Shown in pieces: positions 54,525-63,767 of a DNA stretch of 64,000 bases (the first letter of the stretch is position 1; each line of letters begins with the position of its first letter). The position numbers were made by a program, and so were the translations under genes. Origin of the DNA: Acidimicrobiia bacterium (GTDB taxonomy: Bacteria > Actinomycetota > Acidimicrobiia > Spongiisociales > UBA5794); the NCBI GenBank assembly GCA_041581135.1, contig JBFGCM010000005.1, forward strand, positions 10,338 to 74,337, in the 5' to 3' direction. The notes below the pieces were generated by a model. The model saw only the letters and a program-made list of their open reading frames with translations, searched no databases and was not told the origin of the DNA.

Positions 54525-55804
54525 GTTCGCGAGCCGAATCGAACCGACACCACGGCGCCGGATCCAGTGCTTCGCACCTGCATGTCCCCGCCGGTGCGAC
54601 GCGCCGTCTTCCGCACGATGTCCAGGCCCAAGCCGGTGGAACCGGCGCCGCTGGTCCCCCGTGCAACGACATCGAGTGATGCGAAGCCCGGCCCGGCGTC
54701 CGAGACGGTGAGCGTGGGCCGGCCGTCTCGGTTGCTCACTCTCAGCTCGAATGCGGTTCCGGGTGGAGTGTGTTTGAACACGTTGCCGACGAGGGTGTCG
54801 ATCACCGCACCCGCCTCGCCCCCGGGTAGTGGCACCAGGTGCGCTCCATCGTCGATGCGCACTTCGAAGCCGCGTTCCTGCTCCTCGGCGAGGATTCGCC
54901 AGAACTCGGCGCGTTGGCGGGCAACGACGCCCAGGTCGGAGCTTTCGGCGGGCGCCTCTGCGCGACCGGCGCGAGCGTCGTTGATGAGGCGGTCGATGGC
55001 GCCTTCGAGCCGATCCACCTTGGGGAGGAGCTCGGCGGCGTCGTCTGCGTCCAAGGCCTCTACCTGGAGCCGGATGGCAGTCAGTGGCGTGCGGAGTCGA
55101 TGGGACAGGTCGGCGACCGACTCTCGCTCCTCGGCGAGCAACCGACCGAGCCGGCCTGCCAGCTCATTCAAGGCGGTGCCGACCTCGCGCACCTCGGGCG
55201 GGCCGTCGGGCTGCACCCGTTGCTCGAGATCGCCGGTGCCGAGCGAATGCGCCGCCTCGGCCAGCCGGGTCACGGGCTTCACGAAGCTCCGGCCGAGCCG
55301 GTCGGTGACCACCACGCCCAGCACGACGGCGCCGAGGCCGAGAGCGCCGAGGATCAGCCATGCCGTCATGAGACCGCGCGTGAGTTCAGTCGAGTCGATC
55401 AGCACCGACACGAGGTAGACCCCGTCGGCGGCCACCAGCGGCACGAGCACCTCGGCGCCCTCCGCAACGTCCGCGGTGTACGCCGTGCCCCCGAGGGCCG
55501 CTTCGGCCGCCGTGCTCAGCTCCCGGTCGGCACCCACCACGAGGCCGTTGGGGAGATATACGGTGAGGCCGCCCGTCCCCGGAGCACCGGCGACGATCGC
55601 ATCGAAGGCGGCCAGGTCGTCGGGTTCGACCCCACGCTCGAGCGCGCCGCTGATCCGGTCCGAGACCAGGCGAGCGCGACGCTCGCCGGCGAGCAGGGCA
55701 CGCGCCTCCGCCTGGCTGCGCGCCAGGAGCCCCAGCGGCACCACGAAGGCGATGACGATCAGAGTCGTCACCGCGAGGGATACGATTGCCAGCTGTCGCC
55801 TCAC
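54521..55804 (-). CDS. sensor histidine kinase (TM-HAMP-HisKA-HATPase)
   Basis: GTG 55804 overlaps the RR stop (GTGA). H-box ADLSHRLRTPLTAI. N, G1 and G2 boxes present (GNVFKHT, DAGPG, GSTGLGL). Confidence 0.85.
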   Translation of the reverse strand: MRRQLAIVSLAVTTLIVIAFVVPLGLLARSQAEARALLAGERRARLVSDRISGALERGVEPDDLAAFDAIVAGAPGTGGLTVYLPNGLVVGADRELSTAAEAALGGTAYTADVAEGAEVLVPLVAADGVYLVSVLIDSTELTRGLMTAWLILGALGLGAVVLGVVVTDRLGRSFVKPVTRLAEAAHSLGTGDLEQRVQPDGPPEVREVGTALNELAGRLGRLLAEERESVADLSHRLRTPLTAIRLQVEALDADDAAELLPKVDRLEGAIDRLINDARAGRAEAPAESSDLGVVARQRAEFWRILAEEQERGFEVRIDDGAHLVPLPGGEAGAVIDTLVGNVFKHTPPGTAFELRVSNRDGRPTLTVSDAGPGFASLDVVARGTSGAGSTGLGLDIVRKTARRTGGDMQVRSTGSGAVVSVRFGSRT

Positions 55805-56490
55805 GGGGCGACGAGCTTGACGCCGACGCCGTGGACGGTGCGCAGGAACCGAGGCGACGCAGCCGATTCCCCGAGCTTCTTGCGGACCGCGGACAGGTGG
55901 ACGTCCACTGTTCGGTCCGACCCGCCGTAGGGCTCCCGCCACACGGCGGCCATGAGTTGCCGCTTCCCGACGACCTCGCCTTCGTGTTCGGCGAGGTAGA
56001 GCAACAGATCGAACTCCTTCGGGCTCAGGTCGACGGCTTCGCCTTGAAGGCGCACCTCTCGGGTCTTCGGATCCACCACCAGGTCGCCGATCTCCAGTGG
56101 CCCATCGTCGGGTTGGGTGGCACCGCCGCGCCGCAGGATGGCCCGGATACGAGCCTCGAGCTGACGGGCCGAGAACGGCTTGACGAGGTAGTCGTCGGCC
56201 CCGGCGTCGAACGTGCGCAGGATCTGCTCCTCGTCACCGCGGGCGGTGGCGACGATCACCGGAACGTCGCTGACCGAGCGGAGCATCTTCAGCATCTCGT
56301 CCCCGTCCAGATCGGGAAGCCCCAGGTCGAGGATGACGAGGTCGGGAGCCGACTTCACCGCCATCTCCAGACCGGCCATGGCCGTGACGACGGACTCGAC
56401 CTGATGGCCGTGATCCGCCAGGGTGGTAGCCACGAGCCGACGGATGTCGGCGTCGTCCTCGATCAGCAGAATGGACGCCACGGGCGCCAT
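55801..56490 (-). CDS. OmpR-family response regulator
   Basis: ATG 56490. Receiver ILLIEDD...DLVILDLGLPDLDG, followed by the winged-helix LSPKEFDLLLYL...LRTVHGVG. Confidence 0.9.
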   Translation of the reverse strand: MAPVASILLIEDDADIRRLVATTLADHGHQVESVVTAMAGLEMAVKSAPDLVILDLGLPDLDGDEMLKMLRSVSDVPVIVATARGDEEQILRTFDAGADDYLVKPFSARQLEARIRAILRRGGATQPDDGPLEIGDLVVDPKTREVRLQGEAVDLSPKEFDLLLYLAEHEGEVVGKRQLMAAVWREPYGGSDRTVDVHLSAVRKKLGESAASPRFLRTVHGVGVKLVAP

Positions 56491-56562
56491 TATGCAGCAC
56501 GCTTCCGACGCGCCGATGCGATTCAAGAGATCTTGACGTTCTCTTGAGGGGTCCCTGTCACG

Positions 56563-57189
56563 ATGGCGGTCACGATGAACGACATGAAGAGAGTGGTTGG
56601 TGGCTTTCTCGCCTGGGTGGCGCTGGCGGTTGGCATGTCCGGGGTGGCATGGCAGGCGGTGAGCTTGGCGGGGGCGCAGGTCAGCGAGACGCCGGATCAG
56701 CCCGTTGTGGCGGCGCCGCGAGCGGATCCGCCTCCGCCCGTCCCCGGCTCGTCCGCGGCGGATCCACCGGGTGGTTCGACCATCACATCCCAAACGACGA
56801 CGACGCTCCCTCTCGAGGATCCGACCGGCCCGTCAACCACGGTCACCACGTCGGATTCCCCCACCGCGACGTCCCCCACGACGGCGACGACCACCTCCAC
56901 CACGGCGGCCACGACCACCAGCAGCAGCACCAGCACCACCGCGACGGTCGCTGCCAGCGGGCAATGGGAGGTGTCCACGTGGACGCTCGTCGGCGGCACC
57001 GTCACCATTCGAAGCCGTCCTGGTGAAGTGGAGCTCGTGTCGGCCGTGCCCAGCGCGGGGTTCTCCTCGACCGTCGAGGACGCCGGGCTCGATCGGGTGC
57101 GCGTGGATTTCGACTCGTCGGATCACGAGTCGGAGTTCGAGGCGAAGTGGGAAGGCGGGGTGCTGGACGTCACGCGTGAGGAGAGCTGA
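56563..57189 (+). CDS. hypothetical secreted Thr/Pro-rich protein
   Basis: Signal/TM VVGGFLAWVALAVGMSGVAW, a Thr-rich linker, and a C-terminal globular region of about 80 aa. Confidence 0.5.
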   Translation: MAVTMNDMKRVVGGFLAWVALAVGMSGVAWQAVSLAGAQVSETPDQPVVAAPRADPPPPVPGSSAADPPGGSTITSQTTTTLPLEDPTGPSTTVTTSDSPTATSPTTATTTSTTAATTTSSSTSTTATVAASGQWEVSTWTLVGGTVTIRSRPGEVELVSAVPSAGFSSTVEDAGLDRVRVDFDSSDHESEFEAKWEGGVLDVTREES

Positions 57190-57276
57190 ATTCTCAGCTG
57201 ATTCTCAGGGTCGACTCAGTCGGCTCTTAGTGGGAAGCTCCAGACTGTGAGGACCGCACGGAGGAGACACCACCGC

Positions 57277-58623
57277 ATGTACGACCCGCCCCAGGATCTG
57301 ACATCCTCGGAGCAGCCCACGACCGAACCACCGGCGGCCACGTGGCCGCTACCGCCAGTGGACGCTCCACGGACACCCCCTGCCGCCGAGCCTCGCCCTG
57401 CCTCTGCCTACCACCCGGCCGACGACACGCGCCCCCTCGAACGAGCGGACGCCGTCCCCGCCACTCGCCCCGTGGCCTGGGCGCAGCTCGTCATGGTGGC
57501 CTTCGTGTCCGCCGTGTTCGCCGGGTTGATCTCCCTCGCCCTCTTCCTCGCCCTGGACGAGGATCCGGCACCTCCCGCAGATGCGGCACCTGTGGTCCAG
57601 CCGACCGTGGCCCAGGGCGACGTGGATGCCGATCCGCCGGCCGACTCCGGGCAGGACGCCACATTGGGCGAGTCGCCGACCACCGGCGCCTTGCCGTTGG
57701 CCGGTACCGATGTCATTGAAGCCGTCGAGGTGGGCAATGCGGTGATTCCATCCGTCGTCACCGTCCAGGTCGGCGGCGATGGCGGCAACGGGTTCTTCGC
57801 GAGCGGTTCGGGTTCGGGAGTCGTCCTCGATGCCGAGGGCTACATCATCACCAACCACCACGTCATCGACGTCGCCGATACCTTCCAGGTGATCCTGTCC
57901 GACAAGCGGGTCTATCCCGCAACGCTCATCGGGAGCGATCCGCTGACCGACCTCGCGGTGCTACGTATCGATGCACCTGATCTCGAGCCGATCGCACTTG
58001 GGGCGACCAACGATCTGTCGGTGGGAGATGTGGCCATCGCCGTCGGCAGCCCGCTCGGTCTGGAAGGCGGGCCTTCGTTGACGGTGGGTGTGGTCTCGGC
58101 GTTCGGGCGTCAGGTGCAGACGGGGCCTCAGGACATCCTCTACGGGATGTTGCAGACCGACGCCCCCATCACGCAGGGCTCCAGCGGTGGTGCCCTGGTC
58201 AATGCCGATGGTGAGCTCATCGACATCACCACGGCCGTCGGAGTGAGCTCCGTCGGCGTCGAGGGGATCGGTTTCGCCACTCCCGTGGAGCTGGTTGAGC
58301 GGGTGACCACGGAGTTGATCGCCACCGGTTCCATCGATCACGCATTCCTGGGTATCACCGGGTTCACCGAGTTCGCCGATTCGGGCGACGGTGGCAGTGT
58401 TCCTGCCGGGGTATCCATCCAGTCGGTCGAGTCGGGCTCAGCGGCCGACACGTCCGGCCTGGAGGCCGGTGACCTCATCACCTCCATCGATGGTGAGCAG
58501 GTGGTCACGATGGACGACTTGATCGTGGCGCTACGTCACCGCATGGCGGGCAGCGAGGTGACGCTGCTGATAGACCGCGACGGTGTGCGGCAGTCAATTG
58601 CACTGGTGCTCGGCAGCCGCTGA
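57277..58623 (+). CDS. HtrA/PepD-like trypsin-family serine protease with PDZ domain
   Basis: ATG 57277, one TM. The catalytic triad context is TNHHV, D, and GSSGGALV. C-terminal PDZ (GLEAGDLITSIDG). Confidence 0.85.
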   Translation: MYDPPQDLTSSEQPTTEPPAATWPLPPVDAPRTPPAAEPRPASAYHPADDTRPLERADAVPATRPVAWAQLVMVAFVSAVFAGLISLALFLALDEDPAPPADAAPVVQPTVAQGDVDADPPADSGQDATLGESPTTGALPLAGTDVIEAVEVGNAVIPSVVTVQVGGDGGNGFFASGSGSGVVLDAEGYIITNHHVIDVADTFQVILSDKRVYPATLIGSDPLTDLAVLRIDAPDLEPIALGATNDLSVGDVAIAVGSPLGLEGGPSLTVGVVSAFGRQVQTGPQDILYGMLQTDAPITQGSSGGALVNADGELIDITTAVGVSSVGVEGIGFATPVELVERVTTELIATGSIDHAFLGITGFTEFADSGDGGSVPAGVSIQSVESGSAADTSGLEAGDLITSIDGEQVVTMDDLIVALRHRMAGSEVTLLIDRDGVRQSIALVLGSR

Positions 58624-59694
58624 CTCTTCCTGCTCACCGGGGGCCCCGTGACGTGGCTCGGTATCGAGCCAGGTCACCCGCCTGCCATGGGGTTGAGTCA
58701 GTGCCAGCAGCTGCTCCTCGCCACCCGGCCACGTCGTACACCGCAGCTCCATGCGGGAGGCGCGCGGCTCCATCCGCAGCCATGCCAGAGGCGAGGAGGT
58801 GGATGCTTCGCTCCCCGCCTCAGAGATCGCCGCCCACGTGGAATGCTGGTCCTCGTCGGACATGTACTGCCACATGACCGAGTGGAACACCACGGTGCAC
58901 ACGCCGGGCGGCAGCGGGGTGAGTTCATCACGGAGCCACACCGGCGCGCTCATGGCGGTGAGCGCCGGCGGTGTGCGCTGCGCGTTGGCGATGGCGGCGC
59001 GCACCAACTCGTAGCGGTCGGTCTGCTCCGGCCAGCTGAACGACAGCAACGCCAGGACGTCATCGGAATCCGTGACATCGAGCGGAGCCACGTCACAGCC
59101 CATGCGAGAAGCCACGGTGACCTCGGTCCGCAGATTGGGTGAATGGCCGAGCCATTGGGAGCGGATGCGTACCGGGGAGGCAGGCGGTCCCCAGTACCCG
59201 GCGCCCAACTCGTAGTGATAGGTGTCGAACAACAGGTTCAATCCGGCGCTGGCGCCCAGCTCGAGGAGCCGAAGCGGCATGCCAAAGGTCTTGGCCAGGT
59301 GAAGGAACCCTCCGAGGAGCACCGCCGAGCGCCGGGGTTCATTGGTCTGAGGAACCCCGTCGAGATCGAGCTCTTCCCAGTGTGTGGCGACGTAGTCGAA
59401 AAAGGCGTCGATGACGTCCGGGTACTCAGGTGAGCCGCCCACCGATGGATAGAACCGAGCCAGCTCCGGTGCGGTCCCAGAGATGACGCGGGCGTGCACA
59501 GCGCCGAGGAGGACGAGTGCCAGAGCGTCCCGGCCGGGCCGGCCATCGTATCGAGACACCAGGCGCCACACCGGTCCGCCGTCGAGGATGTCCTCCGCGG
59601 CGGCGACCAACAGCCGTTCGTACAGCTGAGATCCGAGGTCGCGGCACCAGCCGGCCTGTCGCTGGAAGGCCTCGGCAATTGCCGACGGTTCCAT
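58594..59694 (-). CDS. DUF2332-family protein
   Basis: The N-terminus FQRQAGWCRDLGSQLY and the LELGASAGLNL motif recall DUF2332. Confidence 0.6.
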   Translation of the reverse strand: MEPSAIAEAFQRQAGWCRDLGSQLYERLLVAAAEDILDGGPVWRLVSRYDGRPGRDALALVLLGAVHARVISGTAPELARFYPSVGGSPEYPDVIDAFFDYVATHWEELDLDGVPQTNEPRRSAVLLGGFLHLAKTFGMPLRLLELGASAGLNLLFDTYHYELGAGYWGPPASPVRIRSQWLGHSPNLRTEVTVASRMGCDVAPLDVTDSDDVLALLSFSWPEQTDRYELVRAAIANAQRTPPALTAMSAPVWLRDELTPLPPGVCTVVFHSVMWQYMSDEDQHSTWAAISEAGSEASTSSPLAWLRMEPRASRMELRCTTWPGGEEQLLALTQPHGRRVTWLDTEPRHGAPGEQEESAAAEHQCN

Positions 59695-59737
59695 CGCACA
59701 AGCGTACCGGGCGGTGGCCGGCGACGCCCGGGATGGG

Positions 59738-59863
59738 TCAGCGGAAGCGGCGCCTCTTGGACCGCCCCGACACGCGACGGCCTCGGGCGATCCAACCGAC
59801 GAGGAACCCGAACAGTGTGGACACGACGATCCAGATGGCGATCTGTGAAGCGACGAACAGCAT
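59738..59863 (-). CDS. unlisted 41-aa single-TM protein with basic tail
   Basis: Hand translation gives MLFVASQIAIWIVVSTLFGFLVGWIARGRRVSGRSKRRRFR*. The ATG directly abuts the TAG of the upstream OmpA-like gene (TAGATG). It falls below the ORF-track length cut-off. Confidence 0.45.
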   Translation of the reverse strand: MLFVASQIAIWIVVSTLFGFLVGWIARGRRVSGRSKRRRFR

Positions 59864-61039
59864 CTACTCCTCCAGCGCCGTGAACTCGATGCGGCGGTTC
59901 CGTTGGCGGCCCTCGGCCGTCGTGTTGTCGGCGATGGGCCGCGATTCGCCGTAGCCGATCACGACGAACCGCTCCGGATCCTCACCGGCAGCGACCAGGT
60001 AGGCGAGGACCGCCGTAGCGCGCCGCTCGCTCAACTCCAGGTTGGCCTCCTCACTGCCTTGGGAGTCGGCATGCCCGCCGATCTCCACCGGGACATCCGG
60101 GAACTGGGCGAGCGCCGCCAGGATCTCGTCGAGGAGGGCGGTGCCGACGGGCGTGATGATGTCGCTGTTGATCTGGAACTCCACCACCTTGCCCTCGATG
60201 AGGTCGTCGAGGTTGGCCTGCAACTCCACGACCTGTTCCCGCGGGGGCGGCGGGGGTGCGTCAGGCAGGATGAGACCGGAGACGAAGGCGTACTGGTCGG
60301 CGAGGGCGTCCTCGAGCTGCGTCTCCAACTCGCGCTTGGCCTGCCGCGATCCGAGTTCGCCGCTGACCTGGGCGACGTTCCCCGCCGGGTTCACCAGCAC
60401 CTGCCCCTCGCTCAGCGCCCCCGACACGATTTGGGCGAGCTCGATCGCTTTGGGAAGCCATTCGCTCTCCCCGACGAGCCGCTCTTGGCCCACCAGGCCG
60501 GCGTGGTCCACCGGCAGGTCGAACACGCTCTCGAGCGATGCGACGACCTGAGCCACGCTGTCGGGTGCGACGGTGCCCGTCACCGTGACCCCGGCAGCGG
60601 TCCAGGCGATGGTGAGCGGGTCGGGATCGACCTCCGACAGCGTCAGCTCGACCGGGTCGCGCACGGTCAGCTCCGTGGTGACGCTCCGCACACCGTTCAC
60701 TGCGGCGACCAGTTCCGCGCTCCGCCCCACGTCCTCCGGACTGTCGACCGTGCCGTTCAGCGACAGGTCGGCCCCATCTGCCGATGCCGACACCGTGTTG
60801 ATGCCGGCACCCTGCAGCGTCTCCTCGGCAGAGGCGACGAGGTGGCGCTCGATCTTCCGAGTGCCGAACCACACCGCTCCCAGCACGAGGAGGGCCAGGA
60901 CGATGATCGTGGTGCCGTAGAAGGCAACGCCGGTGATCGGGTCCGGATCGTCGGGCTCGTCACGGAAGCTCGGCGGGGGCGCACCGGCCGTATCGCCAAG
61001 CCGGTCGGTGAGGCTGCTTCGACGTTTGAGTTTGGCCAT
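59864..61039 (-). CDS. OmpA/MotB-domain protein with N-terminal TM and BON-like region
   Basis: ATG 61039. The C-terminus GHADSQGSEEANLELSERRA.AV..YL...G.....GYGESRP...N.T..GR..NRRIEF is an OmpA-like peptidoglycan-binding domain. Confidence 0.8.
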   Translation of the reverse strand: MAKLKRRSSLTDRLGDTAGAPPPSFRDEPDDPDPITGVAFYGTTIIVLALLVLGAVWFGTRKIERHLVASAEETLQGAGINTVSASADGADLSLNGTVDSPEDVGRSAELVAAVNGVRSVTTELTVRDPVELTLSEVDPDPLTIAWTAAGVTVTGTVAPDSVAQVVASLESVFDLPVDHAGLVGQERLVGESEWLPKAIELAQIVSGALSEGQVLVNPAGNVAQVSGELGSRQAKRELETQLEDALADQYAFVSGLILPDAPPPPPREQVVELQANLDDLIEGKVVEFQINSDIITPVGTALLDEILAALAQFPDVPVEIGGHADSQGSEEANLELSERRATAVLAYLVAAGEDPERFVVIGYGESRPIADNTTAEGRQRNRRIEFTALEE

Positions 61040-61199
61040 GGGAAGGGAAGGTATCGGTTGCGGGTGCGGATCTCGCGGACACGAGTTCGGCCGAGATGGT
61101 ACCCGCGTTGGACGGTCATTCCGTCGAACGAGGATGGGCCGGCCCGAGAGACGGGACACTCGGCTCTACGATACGACACTCACGGAGGTCAGAGCTCTC

Positions 61200-62069
61200 A
61201 TGAAATGGCGGCGTTCCGGTACGCCGAGTAGGAACCTCGAAGACCGGCGCGGTCAGCGTCGCAGCGGCGCGGCCCGCGCCGGGATGGTCGGCATCCCGGC
61301 CATCATCGTGGCGTTGATCGCCATGTTCCTCGGTGGTGGCTCCGGTCAAGGGGGCGGCCTCGGCGACCTGCTGGAAGGCCTGAACACCCCGCCGGCGCAA
61401 CAGGCCCCGCCCGAGGTGCGCGATCCCGACGCACCCGACCCCGACGCCGATCTGGTGGCGTTCGTGTCGTTCATCCTCGATGACACGCAGGGCACGTGGC
61501 AGGAGCTCTTCGCTGCCGCCGATTCGCAGTACCAGGACGCCCGCTTGGTGGTCTTCGAGGATTTCACCCAATCGGGCTGCGGCGGCGCCAACAGTCAGGT
61601 GGGTCCGCACTACTGCCCCCTTGATCAGACGGTATACCTGGACCTCGACTTCTTCCGCCAACTGGAACGCCAGTTCGATGCCTCCGGCGACTTCGCCGCC
61701 GCCTATGTCATCGCCCACGAGGTGGCCCACCACGTGCAGAACATCGTGGGCATCATGGACGAGGTTCGCCAGCTGCAACAACAGAGCCCGGATCAGCGCA
61801 ACGATCTCTCGATCGCGTTGGAGTTGCAGGCCGACTGTTTTGCGGGCGTGTGGGCGCGCACCACGTACCAGCGTGACTTGCTCGAACGCGGCGATCTGCA
61901 GGAAGGCATCACCGCGGCGGAAGCCGTCGGCGACGATCGCATCCAGGAATCGGTCACCGGTCAGATCAACCGGGAGACCTGGACCCACGGGTCGTCGGAT
62001 CAGCGACGTCAGTGGTTCATGACCGGGTTCGACACCGGCGATCCGAACGCCTGCGACACCTTCGGCTGA
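61200..62069 (+). CDS. YpfJ-family neutral zinc metallopeptidase
   Basis: ATG 61200 behind GGAGG, one TM. Motifs GPHYCP.D..VYLD and HEVAHHVQ. Confidence 0.8.
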   Translation: MKWRRSGTPSRNLEDRRGQRRSGAARAGMVGIPAIIVALIAMFLGGGSGQGGGLGDLLEGLNTPPAQQAPPEVRDPDAPDPDADLVAFVSFILDDTQGTWQELFAAADSQYQDARLVVFEDFTQSGCGGANSQVGPHYCPLDQTVYLDLDFFRQLERQFDASGDFAAAYVIAHEVAHHVQNIVGIMDEVRQLQQQSPDQRNDLSIALELQADCFAGVWARTTYQRDLLERGDLQEGITAAEAVGDDRIQESVTGQINRETWTHGSSDQRRQWFMTGFDTGDPNACDTFG

Positions 62070-62222
62070 TCAGCAACTGGTCGGTTCGCTGAGTGGTGCG
62101 CGGCTGGTCGGCCGGTGTCTAGTCACATGGTTCGTACTGGAAACCATTCTCCGCCTTCGAGAGCGCAGTGCCGATATCACTTGTACGAGCAAACGGCTCG
62201 CGGAAAGCGATTGGAGACTGTG

Positions 62223-62471
62223 ATGCAAGATGGGGGCACAGCGCTCGGCCTGAGCTGGGCGACCGGGGGTAAGCGGCTCGTCGCCGCGCTACTCGCAGTC
62301 GTACTGGTGGCTTCACTTCTGTTCACGCTGGCGCTCAGCAGCCCCGTGAACGACGTGGCGGCAGCCGAGCACCAGGAGATCGCCCAGGACGATGGCGAGA
62401 TGCTTCTCGCCGGGAACTCGTGGTCCTTCCGGACCTTCCGGTTCCTGCCCATGGGGAATTCCTGGTCCTAG
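62223..62471 (+). CDS. small (82-aa) signal-anchored protein ending in duplicated GNSWS
   Basis: ATG 62223 lies 6 nt after GGAG. One TM, LVAALLAVVLVASLLFTLAL. C-terminus AGNSWSFRTFRFLPMGNSWS*. A terminator follows. Confidence 0.45.
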   Translation: MQDGGTALGLSWATGGKRLVAALLAVVLVASLLFTLALSSPVNDVAAAEHQEIAQDDGEMLLAGNSWSFRTFRFLPMGNSWS

Positions 62472-62495
62472 ATCCTCACGATCCAGGGGGATAGA

Positions 62496-62519
62496 GCGGG
62501 AGGCCTCACGGCCTCCCGC
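62496..62519 (+). terminator. perfect 10-bp GC stem, 4-nt loop, followed by a T-rich run
   Basis: gcgggaggcc-tcac-ggcctcccgc then ttcctgtt, 25 nt after the stop at 62471. Confidence 0.7.
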
Positions 62520-62684
62520 TTCCTGTTGGCGGGGCCGGATCGCCCTGTCGGTGCTGCCGGACCAGCCTCCCATGCCGAACCGCCAGACACCAGGACGGAA
62601 CACGACGCTTGAACCGACGGTCGCCCTGCCGTGAAGCATGGCGATCTGCTTAGCTTGGGGAGCAAACGAGCTGGAGGTTGTGCC

Positions 62685-62918
62685 ATGAAGAAGCTGTTAA
62701 GGCTGGCGTTGATCGGCCTGGCGGCAGTGACGGTCATGAAGGTCATGGCCGAGAAGAAGGCGTTCGAGGGTCTGAGCGAGGCCGAAGCCCGCGAGCGGCT
62801 GGCGCAGAAGATGCCGGCCAAGATGCCCGATGACAAACGTGCGGAGGTCACCGACAAGGTGATCGACAAGATGCGTGAGCGCGGCGTGCTCGCCGGGGAG
62901 GCTTCGGTCGGCGGCTGA
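62685..62918 (+). CDS. small (77-aa) Lys/Glu-rich membrane-anchored protein
   Basis: ATG 62685 behind GGAGG. N-terminal hydrophobic segment LLRLALIGLAAVTVM, then a charged helical tail. Confidence 0.5.
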   Translation: MKKLLRLALIGLAAVTVMKVMAEKKAFEGLSEAEARERLAQKMPAKMPDDKRAEVTDKVIDKMRERGVLAGEASVGG

Positions 62919-63714
62919 CATCGTCAGGGCAGAGTTGCTGGCGGTCGCCCTCGAGGCGGCCGCCGCAGCGGCATCGGTCCACGAGCGTCACTTCCGTGGA
63001 TCGTTCCGTGTAGTCGATAAGGGCGGCGACGACCTCGTCACCGAGGTCGACCACGAGGCCGAGTCCGTTGTCCGCGAGGTGCTGAAGTCCGCTCGGCCCG
63101 CCGACGATGTCGTCGGCGAAGAGAGCGCCGACACCCCTTCGGCGTCGCCCAGCCATGTGCGGTGGATCGTGGACCCTCTCGACGGCACCGCGAACTTCGT
63201 CCGCGGTGTTCCGCATTTCGCTGTGTCTATCGGCGTGGAAGTGGCCGGTGTGCCGGTGGTTGGCGTGGTGCACGCAGTCGCCATGGGCGAGCTGGTCACC
63301 GGCGTCGTCGGCGAAGCGGCCACCCGCAACGGCACCGCGATCACCGTGGCGCCGGTCCGGGCGCTGCGGGACGCCGTCCTCGCAACAGGGTTTGCACCGG
63401 ACCGCGAGCACCGGAGGCGCCAGGGCAGCGTGATCGGCACGCTGCTGGCCGAGATACGGGACATCAGGCGGTTCGGGAACCCGGCCCTCGACCTGTGCGC
63501 AGTGGCGTCAGGTCGGGTCGATGGGTTCTTCGAGATCGGCCTCGGGCCGTGGGACTACTGCGCCGGGCAGGCCATCGTCTCCGCCGCCGGGGGCCGTGTC
63601 GACGTCATCGACTGCTCGCCGTGGCGCGGACCGCTGGTAGTGGCGGGTGCCGATGGTCTCGTGGCCGAGCTGGTGGAAGCGCTGGCGAGGGCGGGGGTGC
63701 CGGTCGGCACATGA
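62875..63714 (+). CDS. inositol monophosphatase family protein
   Basis: Motifs VVGEE and WIVDPLDGTANFV, plus a C-terminal W.D-type motif. Start uncertain: GTG 62875 overlaps the previous ORF by 44 nt, and TTG 62935 is the alternative. Confidence 0.8.
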   Translation: MSAACSPGRLRSAADIVRAELLAVALEAAAAAASVHERHFRGSFRVVDKGGDDLVTEVDHEAESVVREVLKSARPADDVVGEESADTPSASPSHVRWIVDPLDGTANFVRGVPHFAVSIGVEVAGVPVVGVVHAVAMGELVTGVVGEAATRNGTAITVAPVRALRDAVLATGFAPDREHRRRQGSVIGTLLAEIRDIRRFGNPALDLCAVASGRVDGFFEIGLGPWDYCAGQAIVSAAGGRVDVIDCSPWRGPLVVAGADGLVAELVEALARAGVPVGT

Positions 63715-63767
63715 ACGGCCGAGAGGCGCGATCCACCGATCCCGCCTCGACACGCGGCATGCGGCCT

